Source of the DNA: Rikenellaceae bacterium
GTDB lineage: Bacteria; Bacteroidota; Bacteroidia; Bacteroidales; UBA932
Assembly (NCBI GenBank): GCA_003542575.1
Contig: DPKJ01000014.1
Coordinates: 6,596-70,595 of the forward strand
Direction of reading: 5' to 3'
DNA length: 64,000 nt
A program made the translations under genes and the position numbers. The notes under the pieces are model-generated. The model worked only from the letters and a program-made list of their open reading frames with translations, had not been told where the DNA came from and did no database searches. Positions 50,701-59,806 of the stretch are shown piece after piece. Numbering within the stretch: the first letter of the stretch is position 1; the number at the start of each line of letters is the position of its first letter.

Positions 50701-50862
50701 CATATCCCAATTATTGCTCAAACGGCAAATGCCTTTGAGTCTGACCACAGACAGGCTCTGGATGCCGGATGCAACGAAGTTATAACTAAACCTATCAAAT
50801 CATCAAAGCTCCTGGAGGTTGTGGAGAAATACATTAACGGGCATAAACAGATTATACGATGA
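47779..50862 (+). CDS. Hybrid sensor histidine kinase/response regulator (periplasmic sensor, TM, 2 PAS, HisKA, HATPase, REC)
   Basis: FLSNMSHEIRTPLNG, NLVGNSIKFT, DTGKG, GSGLGLAI, LMDIKMP, KP. Confidence 0.92.
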   Translation: MRTSLTAILFLLLYLGSFGIIGSQSYYAPVEPSQIQEKSFTLIYTKIHNTERLSELNAGFASYLSRSKIPSRVRTLTVDNTGEGAYFNKLERFKQVLHTPFVKFSTNVLVATDSEAHTLMIDADTLIPKKISLISVVYNGSKIQKSDKISTIATQLFFRENFKLGMRLFPQTKNILVLTDESPYGDIEMDVAREQLGRSIDGVLMHYVKIKKNNFREFINEIKQYPTNTLIILSTWQLDNYGNYKLNTSTEPFLSEIEQYPILATQYLSFGSGAIGGYTSSTWDIGYKVAQMANRLDSSGVFHDTLRDYRLVFDYNAMNRWGLSSKDLPRGSQFMNKPDSLLEQYRIEINFMLALFSILLLSLLVFTMYHIRHRKLTIENEQLAAENLKRKELLDNTLKVMSEGVVSLDRDFNIIEINRKAEEMSGTSGPHIGKKFNEVFNLSQPAGKPSFENFMILALKSGVPQSLLPDFVLKVKNSEYRFITGEIFPVIDTTEKIRQLVFVFRDITEYYRLSRFLRTAMESAMFYTWYYNPSENHFVFDESFKSVAGKNFEEKRKLEDFLEMVHPDDRHRLIEHHKPAISVNNKEEISSTNFRVLKDGRYEWWQRRSIIQLNKDGDSVNTNVYGMDININEYKERESELIEAKKRAEESDKLKTAFLSNMSHEIRTPLNGIVGFSALLSDNEYTETEKAEFSDIISSNAKMLLALINDILDLSRIESNSIKFEVREFSLKKQIEEIISIHQRVAKEGVLITSDLGDNDVLVVFDKLRNYQILSNLVGNSIKFTEKGEIRIGARDKGDFTEIYVSDTGKGMSNSQKEKIFGRFYKADEFGSGSGLGLAICKALIEHFGGTIRAESSVGIGTTITYSIPNISSSENLIHESQHTIDMNMDHSNTPSGSNQNIATPSILIAEDLESNYILLKIILSKHYSVIWAKNGIEAVSLFKSNNPNLVLMDIKMPLMDGLEATKIIRSESPHIPIIAQTANAFESDHRQALDAGCNEVITKPIKSSKLLEVVEKYINGHKQIIR

Positions 50863-52814
50863 AAGATCTCAAATACCTGCGACTGCTTGCCAAAAGCTTT
50901 CCAACTATTTCTGACGCTACAACAGAGATAATAAATCTGGAGGCTATTCTTAATCTCCCCAAAGGGACCGAGCACTTTCTTACCGATATACACGCAGAAC
51001 ATGAAGCCTTTAGCCATGTCCTAAAAAATGCTTCGGGTGTTATCCGCAAAAAGGTAGAGATGATATTCGGGCACTCTCTTCGCGAATCTGAGAAGAGGGA
51101 GTTGTGTACTCTTATCTATTATCCAAAGGAGAAGCTGAAGATAATACAGGAGAGAGAGGGCAAAGAGATAGATGAGTGGTACAAAATAGTACTTGTAAGA
51201 CTGATGAGGGTTTGTGGCAATGTTTCTTCAAAATACACCCGCTCTAAAGTGAGAAAGGCTCTTCCTAAGGAGTATTCATACATTATCCAGGAACTTCTTC
51301 ACGAATCACTGGCTGAGCCAAATAAACAGGAGTATATTGCGGCAATTATATCAACAATTGTCTCTACAGGGAGAGCAAAACATTTTATTATTGCTATTTG
51401 CAATGTAATTCAACAACTTACGATAGATTCTCTCCATATTATCGGAGATATTTATGATCGTGGCCCGGGTGCTCATATTATAATGGATCTGCTTTGTAAC
51501 TATCACAACTTTGACATTCAGTGGGGCAACCACGACCTTGTATGGATGGGTGCTGCTTCTGGAAGCGAGGCCTGTATGGCCAATGTTATTCGCATCTCCC
51601 TGAGATATGCAAACCTTGCAACTCTGGAGGAGGGTTATGGAATTAACCTTATGCCACTTGCTACATTTGCCATGGAGACATACGGTGACGACCCTTGCAC
51701 TCTGTTCAAGCCAAAGGCAAATCAGGATGAGCCTGTTAAAAGCAAGCATATCAAAATGATATCTCAAATGCATAAAGCAATTTCGGTAATTCAGTTTAAA
51801 CTTGAAGGGGCTGTTATTGCAAGAAACAAGGACTTTGAGATGGATGACAGGAGGCTGTTGCACCTGATTGATTTCAAAAAGGGGACAATTACCCTTGAAG
51901 GTGTGGAATATGCTTTAAAGGATACAAATTTCCCAACAATAGACCCTGCCGACCCTTATAAACTAACAGAGGAGGAGCATGATCTGGTTGGCAGTCTGAT
52001 GCACTATTTCTTAACAAGCGAAAAGCTGTATAAGCACATGAGGTGTATCTACAACCACGGCTCTGTTTATCTGGTTAGGAATTCCAATCTGCTCTATCAT
52101 GGATCTATGCCGCTGAATGAAGATGGAACACTTAAAAGTATCTGTATATCGGGAGAGGAGTATGCCGGAAAGGCCCTTTTTGATAAATTTGACAAAATGG
52201 TCAGGCAGGCATTCTTTGAAGAGAGGGGTAAACCCAATAAACATACGGCTAAAGATATGATCTGGTACTTGTGGTGCGGCCCCTACTCTCCACAATTCGA
52301 TAAAGAGAAGATGGCAACCTTTGAGAGGTACTTTATTGCCGAAAAGGAGACACACAAAGAGAAGAAGGGATATTATTACTATCTGAAAGACAATAAGCAA
52401 ATATGCGAAATGATACTTAAAGAGTTTGGAATTGAAGATAGCCAGTCGCATATAATAAACGGTCACATCCCTGTTAAAACCGGCAAGGGAGAGTCACCAA
52501 TCAAGGCAGGGGGAAAACTGCTTGTTATTGATGGTGGCTATTCAAAAGCCTATCAACCGGAAACAGGTATTGCCGGATATACTCTCATCTACAACTCTCA
52601 TGGCTTGTTATTAATTCAGCATCAGCCATTTGTGTCAACCCAAAAGGCTATTGAAGATGGAGACGACATCATATCCGAGACCACAGTTGTTGAATTCAGC
52701 AATAAAAGAAGGCTGGTAAGAGATACAGACATAGGCGCCGAACTGCAAAAGCAGATCGACGACCTTATGAATCTGGTATCAGCGTATAGAAACGGAGTAA
52801 TAAAAGAGACTTAA
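50859..52814 (+). CDS. fbp: Fructose-1,6-bisphosphatase class III
   Basis: EIINLEAILNLPKGTEHF, GDIYDRG, QWGNHD, HIINGHIPVK, IDGG.SKAY, GYTL. Confidence 0.95.
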   Translation: MKDLKYLRLLAKSFPTISDATTEIINLEAILNLPKGTEHFLTDIHAEHEAFSHVLKNASGVIRKKVEMIFGHSLRESEKRELCTLIYYPKEKLKIIQEREGKEIDEWYKIVLVRLMRVCGNVSSKYTRSKVRKALPKEYSYIIQELLHESLAEPNKQEYIAAIISTIVSTGRAKHFIIAICNVIQQLTIDSLHIIGDIYDRGPGAHIIMDLLCNYHNFDIQWGNHDLVWMGAASGSEACMANVIRISLRYANLATLEEGYGINLMPLATFAMETYGDDPCTLFKPKANQDEPVKSKHIKMISQMHKAISVIQFKLEGAVIARNKDFEMDDRRLLHLIDFKKGTITLEGVEYALKDTNFPTIDPADPYKLTEEEHDLVGSLMHYFLTSEKLYKHMRCIYNHGSVYLVRNSNLLYHGSMPLNEDGTLKSICISGEEYAGKALFDKFDKMVRQAFFEERGKPNKHTAKDMIWYLWCGPYSPQFDKEKMATFERYFIAEKETHKEKKGYYYYLKDNKQICEMILKEFGIEDSQSHIINGHIPVKTGKGESPIKAGGKLLVIDGGYSKAYQPETGIAGYTLIYNSHGLLLIQHQPFVSTQKAIEDGDDIISETTVVEFSNKRRLVRDTDIGAELQKQIDDLMNLVSAYRNGVIKET

Positions 52815-53713
52815 ACAAATATCTCTGCCATCATACATCTGGCAGAACCTCCTCCGTTATTCTCGATTGTTTCAAGTTCGGGCGCAATAATTTTGCAATA
52901 TTTTTCAAGTTTTGAAACCTGCTCATTAGTGAGTGCTCTCTTTGCGCGGGCAGACATGACAAGCAGCGGTTGACCCTCTTTACCTCTCACCTCAAGCATA
53001 TTGCCTGCAAACTCCTCCATCTGCTCAAGAGAGATCTCAATTATTGTCTTATCACTCTCTTCAATGAGACCAATAAGATCTTCTCTTTGGTTTATATCAT
53101 CTACCGCGTCCAGGCATACTATCGCAATAGCTGATCCTACGCACATCATTACATTTGTGTGGTAGATTGGTTTCCCCGAAGAGTCACATGCATCAAATAT
53201 CAGGTAATCGTATTCAAGTTCGTCGCAGAATTGCTCAAGCACCTCTTCGTCTGTTCTTTGCGAGCGACAGGCAAATGCTATACAGTTATCTCTGTCCAGA
53301 ATCATACTCCCTGTTCCTTCAAGAAATTTCTCCTTTTTCTCAAAATCGGTGAGATCTACAACTCGTTTAAACTTAAAGTTGCTCTTTAGAAAGTTGATAA
53401 CACCCTCTTTTCTCTCAAGTCTGCGGTTTGGCGCAAACATAGGGTAAAGAACAAGTGTACCTCCCTCATGTGTAGAAAACCAGTTGTTTGGAAAAACAGA
53501 ATCAGGAGTGTGAGGTTCGGGAGTATCATTTATTACCATAACCTCAACATCGGCATCTTTTAGCATTGCCGTAAAATTATCGAATTCAGCTGTAGCTTTT
53601 TCGTTTGCCATCTCTGCGAACCCCTCTTTCTGAAAAGCATTATTTGCCGATGTTTGACTATTAAAGCCAAAGTTCGATGGTCTGACCATCAATATTTTGT
53701 TTGTTGACTGCAT
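52811..53713 (-). CDS. ctlX: Citrulline utilization hydrolase CtlX (amidinotransferase family)
   Basis: ILMVRP..F.FN.QT, TPDSVFPNNWFSTH, LYPM, LEGTGSMILDR, YHTNVMM, GGGSARCMMAE. Confidence 0.85.
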   Translation of the reverse strand: MQSTNKILMVRPSNFGFNSQTSANNAFQKEGFAEMANEKATAEFDNFTAMLKDADVEVMVINDTPEPHTPDSVFPNNWFSTHEGGTLVLYPMFAPNRRLERKEGVINFLKSNFKFKRVVDLTDFEKKEKFLEGTGSMILDRDNCIAFACRSQRTDEEVLEQFCDELEYDYLIFDACDSSGKPIYHTNVMMCVGSAIAIVCLDAVDDINQREDLIGLIEESDKTIIEISLEQMEEFAGNMLEVRGKEGQPLLVMSARAKRALTNEQVSKLEKYCKIIAPELETIENNGGGSARCMMAEIFV

Positions 53714-53757
53714 CTGTCCTTTTAAAGTTTATACTTTACAATACTCTGATTTATACT

Positions 53758-54990
53758 TTAATTCTCAAGAGATTTTATTGAAGCTTTAATTATCCCTATT
53801 GCCTCCATCAACTCCTCTTCGGTTATTACCAAAGGTGGCGCAAATCTGATTATATGTTTATGGGTTGGTTTGGCAATCAGACCATTTTCAGCCATTTTAA
53901 GACAAACATCCCACGCCTCTTTTCCATTGAATGGCTTAATAACTACTGCGTTGAGCAACCCTTTACCTCTAACAAGCTCAATGAACGGCGAATCAAAAGT
54001 CTTCATCTCACTTCTGAATATTTTACCCAGATATTCGGCCTTTTCGGTAAGCTTCTCATCCGTTACAACCTCGAGTGCTGCTTTTGCAACCTGGCAGGCT
54101 AGAGGAAATCCTCCGAATGTAGAACCGTGCTCGCCCGGTTTAATCGTTAGCATTATATGGTCATCGGCAAGAACAGCCGAAACAGGCAATACTCCTCCCG
54201 AGATTGCTTTACCTAAAATTACGATATCGGGACGAATCTCTTCGTGGTCGCAGCAAAGCATTTTACCGGTACGTGCAATACCTGTCTGAACCTCGTCAGC
54301 CACAAAAAGAACATTATGTTTTTTACATAGCTCAAAACATTTTTTCAAATATCCTTCATCCGGTACAAATACACCGGCTTCTCCCTGAATGGGCTCAACA
54401 AGAAATGCGGCTACATGTTTCCCTCTCTCCTCAAGTACTTTTTCAAGTGCCTCTGCATTGTTGTAGGGTATTTTCACCAGACCAGGTGTGAATGGGCCGT
54501 ACATTGCGTAAGAATCCGGATCGGTTGATAGAGAGACAATTGATATGGTTCTCCCGTGGAAGTTACCTTCACATCCGATAATGAGGGCCTTGTCTTCGGG
54601 GATGTTCTTCTTTACATAACCCCATCTTCTGGATAGTTTCAGCGCGGTCTCTACTGCCTCTGCACCGGAGTTCATTGGTAATACTTTATCATATCCGAAA
54701 TAATTGTGAATAAACTCCTCATAAGGTCCAAGCTTGTCATTGTAAAATGCCCGTGAAGTAAGGCAAAGCTGTTGTGCCTGTGAGGTCAGAGCCTCAACAA
54801 TTCTTGGATGACAGTGCCCCTGGTTAACTGCAGAGTATGCAGACAGGAAATCGAAATATCTCTTTCCATCTACATCCCATACAAAGGCCCCTTTTCCTTT
54901 GGAAAGGACAACCTCCAGTGGGTGGTAATTATGTGCTCCGTAAAGATCTTCCTGTTCAATAAATGACTTTGCTTTTTCTGAAATTTTCAT
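53758..54990 (-). CDS. rocD: Ornithine--oxo-acid aminotransferase
   Basis: [62 protein letters not shown]. Confidence 0.95.
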   Translation of the reverse strand: MKISEKAKSFIEQEDLYGAHNYHPLEVVLSKGKGAFVWDVDGKRYFDFLSAYSAVNQGHCHPRIVEALTSQAQQLCLTSRAFYNDKLGPYEEFIHNYFGYDKVLPMNSGAEAVETALKLSRRWGYVKKNIPEDKALIIGCEGNFHGRTISIVSLSTDPDSYAMYGPFTPGLVKIPYNNAEALEKVLEERGKHVAAFLVEPIQGEAGVFVPDEGYLKKCFELCKKHNVLFVADEVQTGIARTGKMLCCDHEEIRPDIVILGKAISGGVLPVSAVLADDHIMLTIKPGEHGSTFGGFPLACQVAKAALEVVTDEKLTEKAEYLGKIFRSEMKTFDSPFIELVRGKGLLNAVVIKPFNGKEAWDVCLKMAENGLIAKPTHKHIIRFAPPLVITEEELMEAIGIIKASIKSLEN

Positions 54991-55071
54991 GATGTGGCTT
55001 TGTTGATTTTTTTAATGCGACTAACGTAGCAAATTTAGGCCATATTTCACACATAAAATGTTCATAAGTTG

Positions 55072-55102
55072 TTTGTAATTAAAGAAAATAATCTTACCTT
55101 TG
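55072..55102 (+). promoter_or_regulatory. sigma-A promoter of rpsL operon
   Basis: TTTG (55072-75)-N19-TACCTTTG (55095-102). Confidence 0.8.
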
Positions 55103-55153
55103 CAACCCGTTTTGTATAACGGAAATAGTTAAAGTTAAGAATAACAACTAATT

Positions 55154-55552
55154 ATGCCAACAATTCAACAGTTAGTTCGCAAGGGCCGCGAGGTTATCGT
55201 AGAGAAGAGTAAATCTCGTGCGCTTGACGCTTGTCCTCAAAGACGCGGAGTTTGTGTACGTGTTTACACTACAACTCCTAAGAAACCAAACTCAGCTATG
55301 CGTAAAGTAGCTCGTGTGCGCCTCACCAATCAGAAGGAGGTTAATGCGTATATACCGGGTGAAGGTCACAACCTTCAGGAGCACTCTATTGTGCTTGTAC
55401 GTGGTGGTCGTGTTAAAGACCTTCCTGGTGTTCGTTACCACATCCTTCGCGGTGCACTTGATACTGCAGGTGTAGACGGACGTAAGCAAGGACGCTCGCT
55501 GTACGGTACTAAGAGACCTAAGAAAACAGCAGCAGCTAAAGCTAAAAAGTAA
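55154..55552 (+). CDS. rpsL: 30S ribosomal protein S12
   Basis: [28 protein letters not shown]. Confidence 0.99.
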   Translation: MPTIQQLVRKGREVIVEKSKSRALDACPQRRGVCVRVYTTTPKKPNSAMRKVARVRLTNQKEVNAYIPGEGHNLQEHSIVLVRGGRVKDLPGVRYHILRGALDTAGVDGRKQGRSLYGTKRPKKTAAAKAKK

Positions 55553-55575
55553 TTATCAATTCAATTATCTAAGTA

Positions 55576-56052
55576 ATGAGAAAAACGAAGCCTAAAAAGA
55601 GGATTCTACTTCCCGACCCCAAATTTCACGACACTAGTGTTACCAGATTCGTGAACAATTTGATGTTACAGGGCAAGAAGAGTATCGCCTATCGCATCTT
55701 CTATGATGCACTAGACATTGTCGGCGAAAAGATGAAAGATTCTGAAAAGGCTCCTCTCGAAATCTGGAAAAAAGCTATTGAGAATGTAACCCCACAGGTA
55801 GAGGTGAAAAGCCGCAGAGTGGGTGGTGCAAACTTCCAGGTTCCAACCGAGGTGCGTCCGGAAAGAAAGATTTCACTTTCAATGAAAAACCTGATTATGT
55901 ACGCCCGCAAAAGGTCTGCTCATACAATGGCAGATAAACTTGCCGCAGAAATTATGGCAGCTTATAACAACGAAGGCGCTGCATACAAGAGAAAAGAGGA
56001 TATGCACAAAATGGCAGAAGCTAACAAAGCATTTGCGCATTTCCGGTTTTAA
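55576..56052 (+). CDS. rpsG: 30S ribosomal protein S7
   Basis: [31 protein letters not shown]. Confidence 0.99.
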   Translation: MRKTKPKKRILLPDPKFHDTSVTRFVNNLMLQGKKSIAYRIFYDALDIVGEKMKDSEKAPLEIWKKAIENVTPQVEVKSRRVGGANFQVPTEVRPERKISLSMKNLIMYARKRSAHTMADKLAAEIMAAYNNEGAAYKRKEDMHKMAEANKAFAHFRF

Positions 56053-56071
56053 GCACCCCAGAACCAATTAA

Positions 56072-58192
56072 ATGGCAAGAGATTTACAATACACAAGAAA
56101 CATAGGCATCATGGCTCACATCGATGCCGGAAAGACGACTACATCTGAGCGAATCCTGTTTTATACAGGTAAGACCCACAAAATGGGTGAAGTACACGAC
56201 GGTGCTGCTACAATGGACTGGATGGTTCAGGAGCAGGAGCGTGGTATTACTATCACTTCAGCTGCAACCACAGCATTTTGGAACTACGACGGAAACCAGT
56301 ATCAGATAAACCTTATTGATACTCCCGGCCACGTAGACTTTACTGTAGAGGTCGAGAGATCACTGCGAGTATTAGACGGTACTGTTGCAACATTTTGCGC
56401 AGTAGGCCGCGTACAGCCTCAGTCAGAGACTGTATGGCGCCAAGCCGACAAATATCATGTGCCAAAAATGGCTTATGTTAACAAAATGGACCGTGTTGGA
56501 GCTGACTTCTATGCGGTTGTAGAGGAGATTAACACTAAGCTTGGAGCAAATGCAATTCCTATCGCACTTCCTATAGGTGCAGAGGATAAATTCGAAGGCA
56601 TAATTGACCTTGTATCAAAAAAGGCATATTATTACGATCAGGACAACAAAGAACTTGTTAACTACGTAATAAAAGATGTGCCTGCCAATATGGTAGACGA
56701 GGTTGATGAGTGGAGAGGAAAACTTATCGAATCAATTGCAGAGTACAATGATGCAATTCTTGAGAAGTTTTTTGATAATCCTGACTCTATTTCTGATGAT
56801 GAGATTATAGCAGCACTGCGCAAAGCAACCATTGATATGGCTGTTGTGCCTGTAACCTGCGGTTCGTCATTTAAAAATAAAGGTGTTCAGTACCTGCTTG
56901 ACTCAGTAATGCGCTATCTTCCTTCTCCGCTTGATATCGGAGATGTAAAGGGTATAAATCCTGATACAGAAAAGGAAGAGATCCGCAAGACAAATGTAAA
57001 GGAGCCGTTCTGCGGCCTAGTGTTCAAAATTGCAACCGACCCATTTGTTGGCCGTCTTGCATATATCAGAGCATATTCAGGCAAGCTTGATTCCGGTTCA
57101 TATATACTCAATACAAGATCAGACAAGAAAGAGAGGGTAGCCCGCCTCTACCAGATGCACTCCAACAAGCAAAATCCAATCGATTTTGTTGAAGCGGGAG
57201 ACATCTGTGCAGCTGTTGGCTTTAAGGAACTTCGCACAGGTGATACTATCTGTGTAGAAAACCACCCGATTGTTCTTGAGTCTATGTCTTTCCCTGATCC
57301 TGTTATCGGTCTGGCTGTTGAACCAAAAACACAGAAAGACCTTGACAAACTGGGAATGGCACTTTCAAAACTTTCAGAAGAGGATCCTACATTTACTGTT
57401 CGTTCAGATCACGAGACCGGCCAGACCGTTATCAGCGGAATGGGTGAGCTCCACCTGGAGATCATTGTAGACCGTCTAAGGAGAGAATTTGGAGTTGAAA
57501 TTAACCAGGGTGCACCTCAGGTTAACTACAAAGAGGCTATCCGTTCAACCGTTCAGCATCGCGAAGTATTCAAGAAGCAGACCGGTGGTCGTGGTAAATT
57601 TGCAGATATCATTATTGAAATCGGCCCTGCAGACGAAGGTATTACCGGACTTCAGTTTATTGATGAGGTTAAAGGTGGTAATATTCCAAGGGAGTATGTT
57701 CCTTCTGTTGAGAAAGGTTTCAAAGCAGCTTTGGCAAACGGTGTTCTTGCCGGATACGAGGTTACCTCACTTAAGGTAATTCTTAAAGACGGTTCATTCC
57801 ACGCAGTTGACTCAGATGCACTTTCATTTGAAATCTGCGCAAGACAGGCATTCCGCAAAGCATGCCCTAAGGCAAATCCATATATTCAGGAGCCTATTAT
57901 GTCTCTTGAAGTTGTTACTCCGGAAGATTACCTTGGTGATGTTATCGGTGACCTTAACAAACGCAGAGGCCAGATTAACAACATGGATTCCAAAGGAAAT
58001 GCAAGAATCGTTAAAGCCAAGGTTCCGCTTTCAGAGCAGTTTGGCTATGTAACTGTTCTTCGTACTCTATCTTCAGGAAGGGCAACCAGTACCATGGAGT
58101 TCTCTCACTATACCGAACTTCCTGCGAACCTTGCAAAAGAGGTTATCGAGAAGGCCGGCGGTAAGAAATTTGATACCGATTCAGACGAATAA
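56072..58192 (+). CDS. fusA: Elongation factor G
   Basis: [39 protein letters not shown]. Confidence 0.99.
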   Translation: MARDLQYTRNIGIMAHIDAGKTTTSERILFYTGKTHKMGEVHDGAATMDWMVQEQERGITITSAATTAFWNYDGNQYQINLIDTPGHVDFTVEVERSLRVLDGTVATFCAVGRVQPQSETVWRQADKYHVPKMAYVNKMDRVGADFYAVVEEINTKLGANAIPIALPIGAEDKFEGIIDLVSKKAYYYDQDNKELVNYVIKDVPANMVDEVDEWRGKLIESIAEYNDAILEKFFDNPDSISDDEIIAALRKATIDMAVVPVTCGSSFKNKGVQYLLDSVMRYLPSPLDIGDVKGINPDTEKEEIRKTNVKEPFCGLVFKIATDPFVGRLAYIRAYSGKLDSGSYILNTRSDKKERVARLYQMHSNKQNPIDFVEAGDICAAVGFKELRTGDTICVENHPIVLESMSFPDPVIGLAVEPKTQKDLDKLGMALSKLSEEDPTFTVRSDHETGQTVISGMGELHLEIIVDRLRREFGVEINQGAPQVNYKEAIRSTVQHREVFKKQTGGRGKFADIIIEIGPADEGITGLQFIDEVKGGNIPREYVPSVEKGFKAALANGVLAGYEVTSLKVILKDGSFHAVDSDALSFEICARQAFRKACPKANPYIQEPIMSLEVVTPEDYLGDVIGDLNKRRGQINNMDSKGNARIVKAKVPLSEQFGYVTVLRTLSSGRATSTMEFSHYTELPANLAKEVIEKAGGKKFDTDSDE

Positions 58193-58211
58193 AAGAGAAA
58201 AAATTAAAGAT

Positions 58212-58517
58212 ATGAGCCAAAAAATAAGAATTAAGCTAAAATCTTACGATCATATGCTTGTAGACAAATCGGCAGACAAGATCGTAAAAACAGTAAAAGC
58301 TACCGGCGCAGTTGTAAGTGGTCCTATTCCACTTCCGACAGACAAAAAGATCTTCACTGTTAACCGCTCTACATTCGTTAACAAGAAAGCTCGTGAGCAG
58401 TTCGAACTGAACTCGTTCCGCCGTCTGCTGGACATATACAGCTCTACTCCAAAAACAGTAGATGCTTTGATGAAACTTGAACTTCCAAGCGGAGTTGAAG
58501 TAGAGATCAAAGTCTGA
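58212..58517 (+). CDS. rpsJ: 30S ribosomal protein S10; true start ATG 58212
   Basis: [35 protein letters not shown]. Confidence 0.98.
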   Translation: MSQKIRIKLKSYDHMLVDKSADKIVKTVKATGAVVSGPIPLPTDKKIFTVNRSTFVNKKAREQFELNSFRRLLDIYSSTPKTVDALMKLELPSGVEVEIKV

Positions 58518-58578
58518 TAAATTGAGTGTAAATAATTGTAAGATTTTAAGGAATTTTACTATTTTTGCACTCCGTTTC

Positions 58579-58653
58579 GGGCCCATAGCTCAGTTGGTTA
58601 GTAGCACCTGACTCATAATCAGGGGGTCGCTGGTTCAAGCCCAGCTGGGCCCA
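58579..58653 (+). tRNA. tRNA with CAT anticodon, most likely tRNA-Ile2 (lysidine-modified)
   Basis: GGGCCCATAGCTCAGTTGGTTAGTAGCACCTGACTCATAATCAGGGGGTCGCTGGTTCAAGCCCAGCTGGGCCCA; paired 1:72 and no GGG/CCC anticodon stem (not fMet); C4/C5 acceptor pairs resemble Ile2. Confidence 0.85.
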
Positions 58654-58654
58654 C

Positions 58655-58690
58655 AAGAAAAGCACCTGCAAAACCGCAGGTGCTTTTCTT
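58655..58690. terminator. Bidirectional terminator after the tRNA
   Basis: AAGAAAAGCACCTGC-AAAACC-GCAGGTGCTTTTCTT. Confidence 0.88.
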
Positions 58691-58709
58691 ATGGGCCCCG
58701 GGCCCATTG

Positions 58710-59606
58710 TTATTTTCTTTTTTTAATTATAGCTGCTTTAAATTCGTATTCGTTAATCTCATGTTTTCTCAGATCAAACTGTTCATTATCGAGATATTTT
58801 TCGATAAAAGGCAAATCAGGCGCATAATGAAAATGTCCCCCAATCTTGAGTGAGTGCAAAATATTCATATAAGTTTTGCCATATGCAATATAGTCTCCAT
58901 TTTCTCTCAGATTATGATGAATAAAATGATTTGAAAATCCCAGATTACTGATTATTGTCCCCCATTTTTCTTTTCCGTAATCGTATTCAAGCCAATCTGC
59001 AGTTATGAAATTTGATGAATTAAATTTATATCTGTCAATCCCGTAAACTTCAAATCCCTTATTTTTTAGATAATTAACTAAATGGCCGGAACTCCCACAA
59101 CCTATATCTAAAACTGGTTGCATTAGGTTCTCAGTATCAATCTGTAAAATATTAAACTGTAATTTGGGGCTATATTCAGAACATGCAACGGGATCTATCT
59201 TTCTGTCAGCGTTTTTATAAATTTTCTCAGCAAAAGAATTACTCTCTTTAAGCCATTCTTTTAGTTTCTCATAATGCTTTTTTGAAATATTTTCAACTGA
59301 ATCTGTTTTTGACTGAATATTTTCAAATAAGTCGGAGTAGATTTTCTTTAAGTGACTTTTCTCATTATTGCCAAACGAATAGTATTGGTTTACTCTGTAG
59401 AATTCTTCTATTGCTTTATCTGTGGCATAATCAATTAAGAATTGTCTTGAATCGGGATTTACTTTGTCTATGGTTGACATAGCTATAACCGTTTCATTTG
59501 CAAATTGAAATATCTCAAGGTTATCAAGAAGAATGTTTTTGTTTTTGTTAAATTCTATTTGCTTATCAATTCTTTTAACAAATTTATCAATTTGCACTGG
59601 TCTCAT
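58710..59606 (-). CDS. Class I SAM-dependent methyltransferase-like protein, AT-rich; start probably ATG 59606
   Basis: VLDIGCGSSG motif I, YGID, SLKIGG. Confidence 0.7.
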   Translation of the reverse strand: MRPVQIDKFVKRIDKQIEFNKNKNILLDNLEIFQFANETVIAMSTIDKVNPDSRQFLIDYATDKAIEEFYRVNQYYSFGNNEKSHLKKIYSDLFENIQSKTDSVENISKKHYEKLKEWLKESNSFAEKIYKNADRKIDPVACSEYSPKLQFNILQIDTENLMQPVLDIGCGSSGHLVNYLKNKGFEVYGIDRYKFNSSNFITADWLEYDYGKEKWGTIISNLGFSNHFIHHNLRENGDYIAYGKTYMNILHSLKIGGHFHYAPDLPFIEKYLDNEQFDLRKHEINEYEFKAAIIKKRK

Positions 59607-59806
59607 AGTGTTCGGCATAACGTATTTAAAGGTGTACAATATCTAGTTTAAGGCCTCGGGAAAAGAGAGTCAACCAAACCTTTGCCGGGGTTTATTGTCT
59701 GATGTTTTAAAATAATTGGAAATTTTATATGCTTTTGTAATCTTTATGTATATAATTCAGGCATAAAGTTATGTTATTTAAGCATTAAATTTTTAATCAA
59801 ACTATT

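Noticed and set aside
58192-58212. tuf missing between fusA and rpsJ
   Set aside because: This is the normal arrangement in Bacteroidetes.
59614-59774. Integron attC site before the methyltransferase (ACATAAC...GTTATGC on the - strand)
   Set aside because: The span of about 160 bp is long, I could not pair L boxes, other junctions lack matching cores, and no intI is in the window. IntegronFinder would settle it.
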